Under the pieces are notes generated by a model, which saw nothing but the letters and a program-made list of their open reading frames with translations, did not search any database and had not been told where the DNA came from. Source: Heterodontus francisci (lineage: Eukaryota). From it: a DNA stretch of 64,000 nucleotides. Location of the stretch: the NCBI RefSeq assembly GCF_036365525.1, contig NC_090374.1, positions 14,673,168 to 14,737,167 on the forward strand. Reading direction: 5' to 3'. The translations under genes were made by a program, and so were the position numbers. Every line of letters begins with the position of its first letter. Within the stretch, counting starts at the first letter, position 1. Shown here piece after piece: positions 11,544-24,224 of the stretch.

Positions 11544-11994
11544 CAGAGCAGAGAAGAGGCACTAGTCTGATCCCTGATATCAGAGGAAGGAGCATTGAAG
11601 AAAAAAATGTGTCCTCTTTGTAATGGCAGCTTGGCTCAGTTGGTAGCACTGTTGTTTCTGAGCCTGGAAGATATAGGCTCAAGCTTGGAGCAGATCCTTT
11701 AATCTGGAAGTTTTATTCCACCAGCTCTCTTCACCTTTGCACTGCTTCAGTACTGTCAGACTTGCCTGAAAACAAGTTCTAGATGAATTACAACTTCCCA
11801 TGCACAGCACTGGTGTAAGATCTTTTGGCTCCTGTCTTATCTCATTAATTAACAGGTCTGAGTGTCAGCAATTTTAATACTTTAATACGATAAACAAAAT
11901 TTAGTCGACTTTGTGTCCTCTGTTTATCGATACATCAATAACATTATACACACAATTGTTGATACACGTCAGCATATTTAAATGTTCTTGTCTA

Positions 11995-12160
11995 TCTAAC
12001 CAGAGCCAGAGAATCATCTGCAACGGTTTCTCTTCCCACTCCCGCGCAGTTATCTCTGATGTCCCCCAGGATCTATCCTTGGTCCCCTTCCTGTTTCTCA
12101 TCTACAAGCTTCCCTTCGGTGATCTCATCCGAAAACAAGTCAGTTTCCACAAGCATTTGC
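11995..12160 (+). mobile_element. L2 LINE RT fragment
   Basis: Degenerate YLSNRSQ...GVPQGSxLGPxLF-like sequence (ORF 11911..12201). Confidence 0.55.
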
Positions 12161-13755
12161 ATCTGACTTTACCAAGGAAGAATATGCTGCCAAAGTCATA
12201 GTGAAAGAGGTGGTAGTTGAGGCAGTGGAAGGGCTAAAATTTGATAAAGAGGAAGTATTAGATAGGCTGACTGTACTTAAAGTTGATAAGCCACCAGGAC
12301 TGGATTAGATGCATCTGAGGATACTGAGGGAAGTAAGTGTGGAAATTGCGGAGGCACTGGCCATAACCTTCCAATCCTCCCTAGATACAGGGAAGGTGCC
12401 AGAGCACTGCAGAGTTGCAAATATTACAACCTTGTTCAAAAAATGGCATAGGATAAACCCAGCAACTACAGGCCAGTTGGCCAAAGGTGGTAACTGCTTT
12501 CCCTATGTGTGTTATCGAGCTCTACATCAGGGGACAGATTGTCTGTCACCGTGGACCCAAGGTAGCAGAATTTGCTAACCACTTCCAGTGAGGTGTTATT
12601 TAGTGTGATCAGGGTCAGAGATGCAATATTTTGTCCCATGACCATAGTTTTTTGATGCATATAATCAAGGAGAACAAGTTACACGCATGGGAGAGAAAGT
12701 CCATGAGACTTTGTAGCTGAGTTTCTGTGTGAGCAACTAACGCAGCATCATCAACGTAGAGGAGTTCTCTGATGTGATATGTTTTTGTCTTCAATTTCAG
12801 CCTTGATAGATTGTAGAACTTGCTGTCTGACCTAGTGTGCAAGTAGACTCCTTACATATCTGCAGGGAAGGCGCAGGCCAGGAGCATGGAGAGGAAGATG
12901 CCAAACAGAATGAGGGCTAGGACACAGAAATATGCATGGGATAACAGCAAGCTGACACTTAGGATCAAGCTGATGGTGTAACAGGCCTGTGTCCTCAGCA
13001 TCTTGCTATATGGCTGGGAAACATGGGGAACTTACAGCTACCAGGGAAAGAAGCTCAATAATCTCCATCTTCACTGTCTGCGGTGCATTATGGGTATATT
13101 CTGGCAGGACAAAATCACAAATGTGGCAGTCCTCTCAAAGGCAGGACTTCCAAGTGTGTTGGCACTAATCAAACAGAGAAGGCTTCGGTGGATAAATGTG
13201 TCCGCAGGATGGAAGAAGGTCACATACCCAAGGACCTTCTGTATGGTGAGGAAGTTGGGGCCAGATGACCAGAGGAGTGCCCAAAGCTCTGCTTCAAGGA
13301 TGTTTGCAAGTGTGACATGAAGGCCCGATCGCACCTGTGAGTTACTAGCTGGCGAAGAAGGGAAATGTTAACACATCCTGAGGACTGGTGTGCACTACCA
13401 CGATCACCAGTTGCTACAGTGTCAACAGGCACCAATGTCAAAAACAACAACTCACTGAGTCACTTGGCAGCTTCACGTGCAGCACTTGTGGCAGAACCTG
13501 CCTCTCAAGGATTGGCCTTCACAGCCATCAGTAAAGGTGCACCAAGAGAAGACACCCCAGCTAAGTGGATAGTTTGCTGCATGTCCATCATCTTTCGTAG
13601 ATGGAAGGATGCCAACACAACCAACCAACAGGACAGTCAGTTTAACCTTGGTGAGTGGGAAAGTTTTTAGAAACGATAATCCAGGACAAAATTAACAGTC
13701 ACTTGCGCAGATGAGGATTAATTAAGGAAAGCCAACACAGATTGTGTTTAATGAA
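12160..13755 (+). mobile_element. Degenerate CR1 ORF2 fragment interrupted by the RTE insertion
   Basis: KPPGLD..HLRILREVSVEIAEAL; PSNYRP|VSLT rejoins across 12478-13627. Confidence 0.75.
12478..13627 (+). mobile_element. RTE-clade LINE with 5' inversion (12478-~12925 minus; ~12930-13627 plus)
   Basis: RELLYVDDAAL, FCYLGS and GKAVTTFGQL on minus; AWDNSKL...LYG.ETW on plus; TSD ACAGGCCAGT (12468-12477) / ACAGGACAGT (13628-13637). Confidence 0.85.
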
Positions 13756-13756
13756 T

Positions 13757-16740
13757 TTTTTAAAAATTCATTCATGGGATGTAGGCGTCGCTGGCTAGGC
13801 CAGCATTTATTACCCATCCCTAATTGCCCTTGAGAAGGTGGCGGTGAGCTGCCTTCTTGAACCGCTGCAGTCCATGTGGGGTAGGTACACCCACAGTGCT
13901 GTTAGGAAGGGAGTTCCAGGATTTTGACCCAGTGACAGTGAAGGAGCGACGATATAGTTCCAAGTCAGGATGATGTGTGACTTGGACGGGAACTTGCAGG
14001 TGATGGTGTTCCCATGCATCTGCTGCTCTTGTCCTTCGAGGTGGTAGAGGCCACGGGTTTGGAAGGTGCTGTCTAAGGAGCCTTGGTGCGTTGCTGCAGT
14101 ACATCTTGTAGATGGTACACACTGCTGCCACTGTGCATCGGTGGTGGAGGGAGTGAATGTTTGTCGATGGTGTGCCAATCAAGCGGGCTGCTTTGTCCTG
14201 GATGGTGTCGAGCTTCTTGGATGTTGTTGGAGCTGCAACCATCCAGGCAAGTGGAGAGTATTCCATCACACTCCTGACTTGTGCCTTGTAGATGGTAGAC
14301 AGGCTTTGGGGAGTCAGGAGGTGAGTTACTTGCCGCACAATTCCTAGCCTCTGACCTGCTCTTATAGCCACGGTATTAATATGGCTACTCCAGTTCAGTT
14401 TCTGGTCAATGGTAGCCCCTAGGATGTTGATAGTGGGGGATTCAGCAATGGTAATGCCGTTGAATGTCAAGGGGAGATGGTTAGATTCTCTCTTGTTGGA
14501 GATGGTCATTGCCTGGCACTTGTGTGGTGCGAATGTTACTTTCCACTTATCAGCCCAATCCTGGATATTGTTCCAGATCTTGCTGCATTTCTACACGGAC
14601 TCTTCAGTATTTGAGGAGTCACGAATTGTGCTGAACATTGTGCAATCATCAGCGAACATCCCCACTTCTGACCTTATGATTGAAGGAAGGTCACTGATGA
14701 AGCAGCTGAAGATGATTGGGCCAAGGACACTACCCTGAGGAACTCCTGCAGTGATGTCCTGGAGCTCATGTGATTGACCTCCAACAACCACAGCCATCTT
14801 CCTTTGCGCTAGGTATGACTCTAACCAGCTGAGAGTTTTCCCCCTGATTCCCATTGACTCCAGTTTTGCTATGGCTTCTTGATGCCATACTCGGTCAAGT
14901 GCTGCCTTGATGTCAAGGGCAGTCACTCTCACCTCACGCCTTGAGTTCAGCTCTTTTGTCCATGTTTGAACCAAGGCTGTAATGAGGTCAGGTGCTGAGT
15001 GACCCTGTCGGAACCCAAACTGGGTAACACTGAGCAGGTTATTGCTAAGCAAGTGCTGCTTGATGGCACTGTTGATGACACCTTCCATCACTTTGCTGAT
15101 GATTGAGAGTATACTGATGGGGCGGTAATTAGCCGGGTTGGACTTGTCCTGCTTTTTGTGTACAGGACATACTTGGGCAATTTTCAACATTGCCGGGTAG
15201 ATGCCAGTGTTGTAGCTATACTGGGACAGTTTGGCTAGGGGTGCGGCAAGTTCTGGAGCACAGGTGTTCAGTACTATTGCTGGAATATTGTCAGGACCCA
15301 TTGCCTTTGCAGTATCCAGTGCCTTCAGTCGTTTCTTGATATCACGCGGAGTGAATCGAATTGGCTGAAGTCTGGCTTCTGTGATGCTGGGAACTTCAGG
15401 AGGAGGCTGAGATGGATCATCAATTCAACACTTCTGGCTGAAGATTGTTGCAAATGCTTCTGCCGTATCTTTCGCACTGATGTGCTGGGCTCCCCCATCA
15501 TTGAGGAGGGGGATATTTATGGAGCCACCTCCTCCAGTTAGTTGTTTAATTGTCCACCACCATTCACAGCTTTATGTGGCAGGACTGCAGAGCTTAGATC
15601 TGATCCGTTGGTTATGGGATCGCTTAGCTCTGTCTATCGCATGCTGCTTACGCAGTTTGGCATGCAAGTAGTCCTGGGTTGTCACTTCACCATGTTGACA
15701 CCTCATTTTGAGGTATGCCTGGTGCTGCTCCTGGCATGCCCTCCTGCACTCTTCATTGAACCAGGGTTGGTCTCCTGGCTTGATGGTAATGGTAGAGTGG
15801 GGGATATGCCGGGCCATGAGGTTACAGATTGTGATTGAGTACAATTCTGCTGCTGCTGATGGCCCACAGCGCCTCATGGATGCCCAGTTTTGCATTGCTA
15901 GATCTGTTTGAAATCTATCCCATTTAGCACGGTGATAGTGCCACACAACACAATGGACAGTATCCTCAATGTGAAGGCGGGACTTCGTCTCCACAAGGAT
16001 TGTGCGGTGGTCACTCCTACCAATGCAGTCATGGACAGAAGCATCTGCAGCAGGCAGATTGGTGAGGACAGGAAGACTCCCTCAGTGCATCCTCCAAGTG
16101 CTGTTCAACATGGAGGAGTACTGAGTCATCAGCTGAGGGAGGGCAGTAGGTGGTAATCAGCAGGAGGTTACCTTGTTCATGTTTGACCTGATGCCATGAG
16201 ACTTCATGGGGTCCGGAGTCGATGTTGAAGACTCCCAGGGCAACTCCCTGCCTACTGTAAACCACTGTCCCGCCACCTCTTCTGGGTCTGTCCCTCGGAC
16301 ATACCCTGGGATAGTGATTGTAGTGTCTGGGACATTGTCTGTAAGGTGTAATTCCGTGAGTATGACTATGTCAGGCTGTTGCTTGACTAGTCTGTGGGAC
16401 AGCTCTCCCAACTTTGGCACAAGCCCCCAGATGTTAGTAAGGAGGACTTTGCAGGGTCGACAGGGCTGGGTTTGCCGTTGTCGTTTCCGGTGCCGAGGTC
16501 GATGCCAGGTGGTCCGTCCAGTTTCATTCCTTTTTATTGACTTCGTAGCGGTTAGGTACAACTGAGTGGCTTGCTGGGCCATTTCAGAGGGCATGTAAGA
16601 GTTAACCACATTGCTGTGGGTCTGGAGTCCCATGTAGGCCAGACCAGGTAAGGACAGCAGATTTCCTTCCCTGAAGGACATTAGTGAACCAGATGGGTTT
16701 TTACAACAATCGACAATGGTTTCATGGCTTGATTGAGTTT
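13757..16740 (-). mobile_element. Near full-length family B LINE: single ORF (APE + RT), decayed, 5'UTR homologous to a SINE body
   Basis: ATG at 16582 leads into VLLTNIWGLV..PDIVILTE (endonuclease); ORFs 15572..15994, 14591..15301 (RT) and 13820..14509; 3' tail at ~13760. Confidence 0.9.
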
Positions 16741-16749
16741 TTATGATGA

Positions 16750-18727
16750 TGTAACAGAAGGATTGATGAAGGCGATGTGATTGATGTGATGTACATGGAC
16801 TTCCAAAAGGCATTTGATAAAGTGCCACATAACAGGTTTATCAGCAAAGTTAACTTGACTGGAATAAAAGGGACAGTAGCAGCGTGGATATGAAATTGGC
16901 TGATTGACAGGAAACAGAGAACGATGGTGAATGGTTGTTTATCGGATTGGAGGAAAGTATAGGATGGTGTATCCCAGGGATCAGTATTAGGACCACTGGT
17001 TTTCATGATAAATATTAATGACCTAGACTTGGATGTGCAGGTCACAATTTCAAAATTTGAAAATGCCACTAAAATTAGAAGATTTGTGAACAGAGGAGGA
17101 TAATGATAGACTTCAAGAGGACATAGACAGGCTGGTTGAATGGGTGGACACGTGGCAGATGAAATTTAATTCAGAGAAGTGTGAAGTGATAAGGCCCCAC
17201 ATAAGAGGTTAGTGTGCAAAATTAAAGCACATGGGATTGGGGGTAATATACTGGCATGGATTGAGAATTGGTTGACAGACAGGAAACAGAGAGTAGGAAT
17301 AAACGGGTCTTTTTCCAGGTGGCAGGCAGTGACTAGTGGGGTACCACAGGGATCTGTGCTTGGGCCTTCATTGCAAGAGGATTTGAGGACTGGAGCAAGG
17401 ATGTCTTACTACAGTTATACAGGGCCTTGGTGAGACCACATCTGGAGTATTGTGTGCAGTTTTGGTCTCCTTATCTGAGGAAGGATGTTTTTGCCATAGA
17501 GGGAGTGCAAAGATGATTTACTAGGCTGATTCCTGGGATGGTAGGATTGACGTATGAGGAGAGATTGGGTCACGAGAGTTTAGAAGAATGAGAGGGGATC
17601 TCATAGAAACCGATAAAATTCTAACAGGACTAGACAGGTTAGATGCAGGGAGGATGTTCCCAATGGCTGGGGAATCCAGAACCAGGTATCACAGTCTCAG
17701 CATACGGGGTATGCCATTTAGAACCGAGATGAGGAGAAATTTCTTCACTCAGAGGCTGATGAACCTGTGGAATTCTGTACCACAGAAGCCGTCAATAAAT
17801 ATATTCAAGCAGGAGATAGGTATATTTCTTAATGCCAAAGGGATCAAGGGATATGGGGAGAAAGCGGGAACAGGGTACTGAATTAGACAATCAGCCATGA
17901 TCTTTTATGAATGGCGGAGCAGGCCCGAAGGGCCAAATGGCCTACTCCTGCTCCTATTTTTATGTTTCTATGTTATATGTGATTCATTTTATTAGGAACG
18001 ATGAGGTAAGGCAATATAAAATAAAGGATAAAATTCAAAAGTGGGTGCAGGAACCGAGAGACCTATGTGCACAAATATATGCACAAATGAAGGCGGCAGG
18101 GCAGGTTGAGAAAGTGGTTAATACGACTTATGGGATCTTAGGCTTTATAAATGGAAATGTAGAGAACAAAATCAAGGAAGATATAAAACACTGGTTCTGC
18201 TTCAACTGGAGTATTGTGTCCAGTTCTGGGCACCGCACTTCAGAAATGATGTGAGGTCTTTAGAGAGGTGCAGAAAAGATTTACAAGCATAGTTCCAGGG
18301 ATGAGGGACTTTAGTGATGTGGATAGATTGGAGTAGCTGGAGTTGTTCTCCTTAGAGAAGAGAAGGTTGAGAGGAGATTTAATAGAGGTGTTCAAAATCA
18401 TGAGTAGATGGGGAGAAACCACTCCCATTGGTGGAAGGATCGAGAACCAGAAGACACTGATTTAAGGTGAATAGCAAAAGAACCAAAGGTGACATGAGGA
18501 AAAACTTTTTATGTAGCGAGTGGTTCGGATCTGGAGTGCACTGCCTGAGTGTGTGGTGAAGGCAGATTCGATCACGGCTTTCAAAAGAGAATGGATAATC
18601 ATCTGAAGAGAAAAATTTGCAGGTTATGGGGAAAGGCAGGGGAATTAGATTAGCTGAGTTGCTTTTGCAGACAGCTAGCATGATGGGCAGAATGGCCTCC
18701 TCTGTGCTGTAACCATTCTATGATTCT
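16750..18727 (+). mobile_element. Cluster of degenerate CR1 3' fragments
   Basis: [11 protein letters not shown] and [10 protein letters not shown] remnants; CR1 3' ends at ~17970 and ~18727. Confidence 0.8.
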
Positions 18728-18789
18728 ACATATGATACTGGCACATAGATCTATTTCACCACCATTTTTATTGATTCCTCCACTCCCTC

Positions 18790-19535
18790 TAAATTGCCAT
18801 ATTCCTGTCTGACAACCAGTGCTGAATAAACAGAAATTTCCTCCAAATAAATATTGTCTTCAGTCTCCCCCATAAACTCTGCTCCCAAGCCACTGATACC
18901 ATCCTCCTTCCTGGTAACTGTCTGAGACTGATCCAGACTGTTTGCATCCTTGCTGTTACAATTGACCCATGATGAACTTCCACTGATATATCTGTGTCAT
19001 CATCACTATGACTACCTATTTCCACCTCTGTAATATCACCATCTCCACCCCTGCCTCAGCTCAGCTGCTGAAACCCTCATCCCTGCCTTTTTTACCTCTA
19101 GACTTGACTATTCTCATGTACTCCTTGTCAGCCTCCCATGTTCTGCGCTCTGTAAACTTGGCGTCATGAAGACCTCTGCTGCCTGTGTCCTAACTTGCTC
19201 CAAGTCCCGTTTTACTCATCACCTCTGTGCTCGCTGACCGACATTGACTCCCGGTTAAGCAATGGCTCAATTTTAAAATTCTTATCCTTGTTTATAAGTC
19301 CCTTTATCACTTCGACCTTCCCTACTGCTGTAATCTCCTCCAGCTCCTTAATCTGCCCAGATATCTGCGCTCATCTGATTCTGTTTTCTTGAGCATCTCC
19401 AATTTTAATTGCTCCACCATTGATGCTTGTGCCTTCAGATTCTTGGGCCCTAAGCACAGGAATTCCCTCCCTAAACCTCCCCACCTCCCTTTCCTCCTTT
19501 AAGTGGTTTCTTTAAACTTGCTTCTTTGACCAAAC
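18790..19535 (+). mobile_element. L2 LINE 3' fragment
   Basis: AETLIxAFxTSRLDY-like remnant at 19065-19115 and L2-type C-terminal sequence. Confidence 0.65.
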
Positions 19536-19904
19536 ACATGCACATTTCAGATGCATATTTCCTGTGGGAGGATGTGATGCCCACCATTTTGGTAAGAACA
19601 ATAGGCATTCAGCCTTCTACAGAAGAAGTAAAGGGGCCAAATGTCTGTTTGGGGTCCCACTGTAATATTGTTTCTCCCCAAGGCAATCGGGACTGACACT
19701 CAGTAAAACCGAGCTTGGGACTGCCTGTGTCTGACAAGGTAAGTTCTGAAATTTACTTACCGGAATGTGAAATCTGGGGGATCAGGAGGGCTCCTCCCGA
19801 CTCCGCATTTAACAAAAACTGTCCCCCAACTCCCACTCGCCCAACTCCTATATTCACCCTAGACCCTGGGTTTCACATTTGAGGTTCACTGTGACCCATC
19901 TGTT

Positions 19905-20355
19905 TATCTGTAAGTGTGTTTGTGAGTGAGTGAGTGAATGAGTGAGATTGTGACTGTATTAGTCAGTGAGTGAGTGAGAGCGTGAGTGAGCGTGTGAGTG
20001 TATTAGTCATTGAGTGAGAGAGCGTGAGTGAGTGTGTGAGTGTATTAGTCATTGAGTGAGTGAGTGAATGAGTGAGATTGTGACTGTATTAGTCAGTGAG
20101 TGAGTGAGAGCGTGAGTGAGTGTGTGAGTGTATTAGTCATTGAGTGAGAGAGTGTGAGTGAGTGAGAGTGTGAGTGAGAGTGCGTGTATTAAGAGTGTGA
20201 GTGTATTAAGAGCGAGTGAGAGTATGGGTGAGTGAGTAAGAGTGTGAGCATATAAGAATATGAGTGAGTGATATGAGTGAGTGAGAGTTTAAGTGTATTA
20301 GTGTGTGTGAGTGATTGGGTGTGTGAGCGTATTAGAGTGTGAGTGAAAGTGTGAG
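19905..20355. repeat. GT/GAGT-rich simple repeat with an internal ~120-bp duplication
   Basis: (GAGT)n/(GT)n composition; 19921-20040 is repeated at ~20050-20160. Confidence 0.9.
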
Positions 20356-20730
20356 TGTACTGAGGAGGCACCGCACTGTTGGAGCGACAGTACTGAGGGA
20401 GTGCTGCACTGTCAGAGGGTCAGCACTGAGGGAGCACTGCACTGTCGGTGGGGCAGTACTGAGGGAGTGCTGCATAGTCGGAGCAACAGGACTGGAGAAG
20501 CGCCACACTGTCAGAGCAACAGGACTGAAGGAGTGCCACATTGTCAGAGGCTCAGTACTGAGGGAATGCTGCACTGTCAGAGGCTCAGTACTGAGGGAGC
20601 GCTGTACTTTCAGAAGGCCGGTACTGGGGGAGCGCCAATATTTATCCCTCAACCAACATTACTAAAACTGAATAACTGGTTACACATTTCATGGCTGTTT
20701 TTGGGATCCTTCTGTGTACAAAATGACTGT
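20355..20730 (+). repeat. ~30-bp tandem array (CAGTACTGAGGGAGTGCTGCACTGTCAGAGG) expanded from a Deu-SINE segment, followed by remaining SINE sequence
   Basis: About 9 units; the unit matches the SINE motif at 56230-56265; CCAATATTTATCCCTCAACCAAC follows. Confidence 0.85.
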
Positions 20731-20744
20731 CAGGATTATCTAAA

Positions 20745-20879
20745 CATTGACAGATCTGTACACAGCAGTACAGTACCCCACAGTTATACAGCGAGAGACC
20801 CGTCTTCACCACTACTGTATCCCAGTGTTATACAGTGACAGACTTGTACCCACCAGTACTGTACCCCAGTGTTATACAG
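20745..20879. repeat. ~44-bp satellite (CAGTACTGTACCCCAGTGTTATACAGTGACAGAC...), continuing at 23399-23515
   Basis: Same unit on both sides of the LTR element. Confidence 0.8.
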
Positions 20880-23398
20880 TGTTACCATTCTGTAAGAGTC
20901 CAGTAAGTTTTTAAAAAGAAATTTGAACTCCTAGTATTACTGAAAGAATTATGCCACAAGATTTCATGTTTTAAACAAAAAAACTTTACTGTATAAGAGT
21001 TAAACAAAGCAAAACACTACTAGCCTAATACTACAATTTGAAATCTTTAATAGTTTAAACTTAAAATCTTAACAAAACATGAAGGCGTATACTTCAAACT
21101 CTAAATCTCAACAAAACACTCCCATTTGACTTTTACTTCCACCCTTATCTTCCCCTATACTTTACAGGATCTTAGCAGTTTGTTCACCTATCCTGCGACC
21201 AATCCAAAGTGTACCACAGCTCTTAGGTATTCACTGATTTTTCTCAAATTCTCAGCTATCTTCCGAGGTATGAGACCTCCTGGGGATTCTTCCTCTAGCG
21301 TTTGGCTAAGCAACCCTCCAGCTCTCATTCATCACCTCATGAATCTGGATTTCCCAGCTTAAGCACTGGCCTTACTCAAAACAGAAACATCTCTGGTTCC
21401 CAATAGCCTTCCTGCTCCTGAGTCCAGCTGCTTTCAAAGCTAACTGCTTTCTATGACTACCTGACTGTCTATGATCAAGCACAGAGATATATAAAAAAAA
21501 ACACCTGACCGAAAGGAATCCCCCTGCATCATCTATCTCCATAGCAAGGTGGTATATGTGCTATGCCCCAGATAGTAATTTAAGCTGATTACCTCCAACT
21601 CCAAACTATCTCTTTGATTTATGATACCCACATGAATATTTGTTATTGCTGACAATGACAGGACAATTCCACCCAGACACTCTGGCTACAATTCCCAATT
21701 AAATGAGGTTACCTGCTGTTTTATAGCTCTCACCTCTCTAACTTTGTCCTTGCAAGCACACATGGAAAGATCTTTGCAATGTAAATCTTGGGTGGTCCTG
21801 CAACCCTTTTTAAATTCTGGAATTTCAGTTATCTTACTGATACACATTTAATTTCCCCAAAACTAAAAGTTACCTCTAAAATATTATTGCAAGCTATGGA
21901 TTAGATGATCATAACACCTTCTTCCCCCTGAGGAAAAAATGAAAATGCATCATCATAATGATGCATTTTCATTCAGACCAACTAAAAGAAAATAACTTAT
22001 GCTGCATATTTTAACAACAACCTTATCACATACAATACATATAACTGTCTCCCCCATTGTCCACCAAATAATCCATCTTGACAATATTGCTTTGCTAAAT
22101 CTGTAACCAGAAATCCAATTAAGACTTAATGTTTCTTTTTGTGGTATTTTCTGAAAGTTGTCTTCTTCTGCTAATGCTATCAACCTAACCTTTGTTGATT
22201 GTTGCAAAACACTCAGGGATAAATCTTCCTGTCCCAGAAATGGCTTAGCAATTGGCAAAACCATTCAGCTTTTCAATAAATACAGTGAAATTTTGTTTGC
22301 TTAAACTTGAGCAAATCCCAACATACCCATCTCAGTCTGTGGATTCGAAATCCTGCAAGTAATTCCCACTTTTGTGACAATTCTGTTAGACACCAGTAAC
22401 TTTTTAAAAAGGAATTCAAACTCCCAGTTTTACTGAAAGAATTATGCCACAAAACTTCACATTTTAAACAAAAAAACTTTACTGTACAAGGGTTAAATAA
22501 AGCAAAACGTACTAACCTAATACTACAATTTGAAATCACTTATACTTTAAACTTAAAATCTTAATGAAACATAAAGACATATACTTTAAACTCTAACTCT
22601 CACCATTACACCCCCCATTTGACTTTTACTTTCAGCCCAAGTGTTCCCCTATACTTTACAGGACCTTAGCGATTTGCTCACTTCTGCAGGGACCAATCCA
22701 AAGTGTACCACAGCTCTTAGGTATTCACTTCAATTTTCCGGCTATCTTCTGAGGTATGAGATCTCCTGGGGATTCACCCTCTAGCGTTTGGTTAAGCAAC
22801 CCTCCATCTCTCATTCACCACCTGATGTATCAGGATTTCCGAGCTTAAGCACTGGCCTTACTCAAAACAGAAACATCTCTGATTCCCAATAGCCTTCCTG
22901 CTCCTGAGTCCAGCTGCTTTCAAAGCTGATTGCTTTCCATCACCATCTGACTGTCTTTAAGCAAGCACAGAGATTTAAAAACACCTGACTGAAAGGAATC
23001 CCCCTGCATCATCTATCTCCATAGCAAGGTGGTATATGTGGTATGTCCCAGATAGTAATTTAAGCTGATTAGCTCCAACTCCAAAACATCTCTTTGATTT
23101 CTGATACCCACATGAATAATTGATATTGCTAACAATGGCAGGACAATTCCACCCTGACTTTCAGACTACAATTCCCACCTAAATGAGGACCCCCTGCTGT
23201 TTTATGGCTCTCACCTCTCTAACTTTGTCCTTGCAAACACACATGTAAAGATATTTGAAATGAAAATCTTGGGTGGTCCTGCAACCTTTTTTTAAATTCT
23301 GGAATTTAAATTATCTTACAGCTATAAATTTAATTTCCCCAAAACTAAAAGTGACCTCTAAAATATTAATGCAAACCATGAACTAGATGATTGTGACA
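20880..23398 (-). mobile_element. Non-autonomous LTR retrotransposon: two ~1.03-kb LTRs (20880-21916, 22373-23398) and a 456-bp internal region
   Basis: Direct repeats with TG...CA ends; PPT (minus GGGGGAAGAAGG) at 21917-21929; degenerate PBS-like sequence at ~22350-22372; gag N-terminal remnant (MVLPIAKPFLG...RLIALAE); TSD ACAG/GCAG. Confidence 0.9.
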
Positions 23399-23726
23399 GC
23401 AGTGATAGTACTTACCAGTACTGTATCCTCGTGATATACAGTGACAGACCCGTACCCATCAATGCTGTACCTCAGTGTTATACAGTGACAGACTTGTCCC
23501 CACCAGTACTGTGTATAATGATTGCATTTATAAACACTTGGATAAGCACTTTAGTGCTGTATCCGACAGGGCTACAGTCCAAGAGCTGGGAATTGGGATT
23601 AGGCTGAATAGCTCTTTTTTGGCCGGCACAGATGCAATGGGCTGAATGGCCTCCTCCTGTACTGCAGATTTTCTGTGTTTCTCTGTTTTAGTGCCTATGT
23701 GAGTGTATTTCTCCCCGCGGTGGATC

Positions 23727-24135
23727 CGTTTTTTTTATTCATTCATGGGATGTGGGGGTCGCTGGCAATGCCAGCATTTGTTGCCCATCCCTAATTGCCC
23801 TTGACAATGGAATGGGTTGCTAGGCCATTTCAGAGGGCAGTTAAGAGTCAACCACATTGCTGTGGGTCTGGAGTCACATGTAGGCCAGACCACGTAAGGA
23901 TGGCAGATTTCCTTCCCTTCAGGACATTAGTGATCCAGATGGGTTTTCAGGACAATCAATGATAGTTTCATGGCACCATTACTGACTCTAACTTTCAAGT
24001 CCATATATTTATTAATTAATTGAATTTAAATTCCACCAGCTGCTGTGGTGGGATTTGAATCCATGTCTCCAGGGCATTAGTCTGAGCCTCTGGATTACCA
24101 TGTTCAGTGACATTACCACTATGCCACCATCTCCC
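23727..24135 (-). mobile_element. tRNA-headed SINE sharing both its 5' body and 3' tail with the family B LINE
   Basis: A-box-like TGGCATAGTGG and B-box-like GATTCAAATCC; body matches 34623-34905 and 16560-16740; tail AAGGGCAATTAGGGATGGGC...ATGAATGAATAAAAAA. Confidence 0.88.
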
Positions 24136-24224
24136 TGCCAAGGGAATTGGCCCCAGACAGTCACATGAGACAATTGATTGATAGTAGTGTGAGGGGCGGG
24201 GGCCAGAATAACAGTCACATGGAA

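Noticed and set aside
20189-20838. His/Thr- and Cys-rich repetitive ORFs
   Set aside because: Translations of the microsatellite and the SINE-derived tandem array
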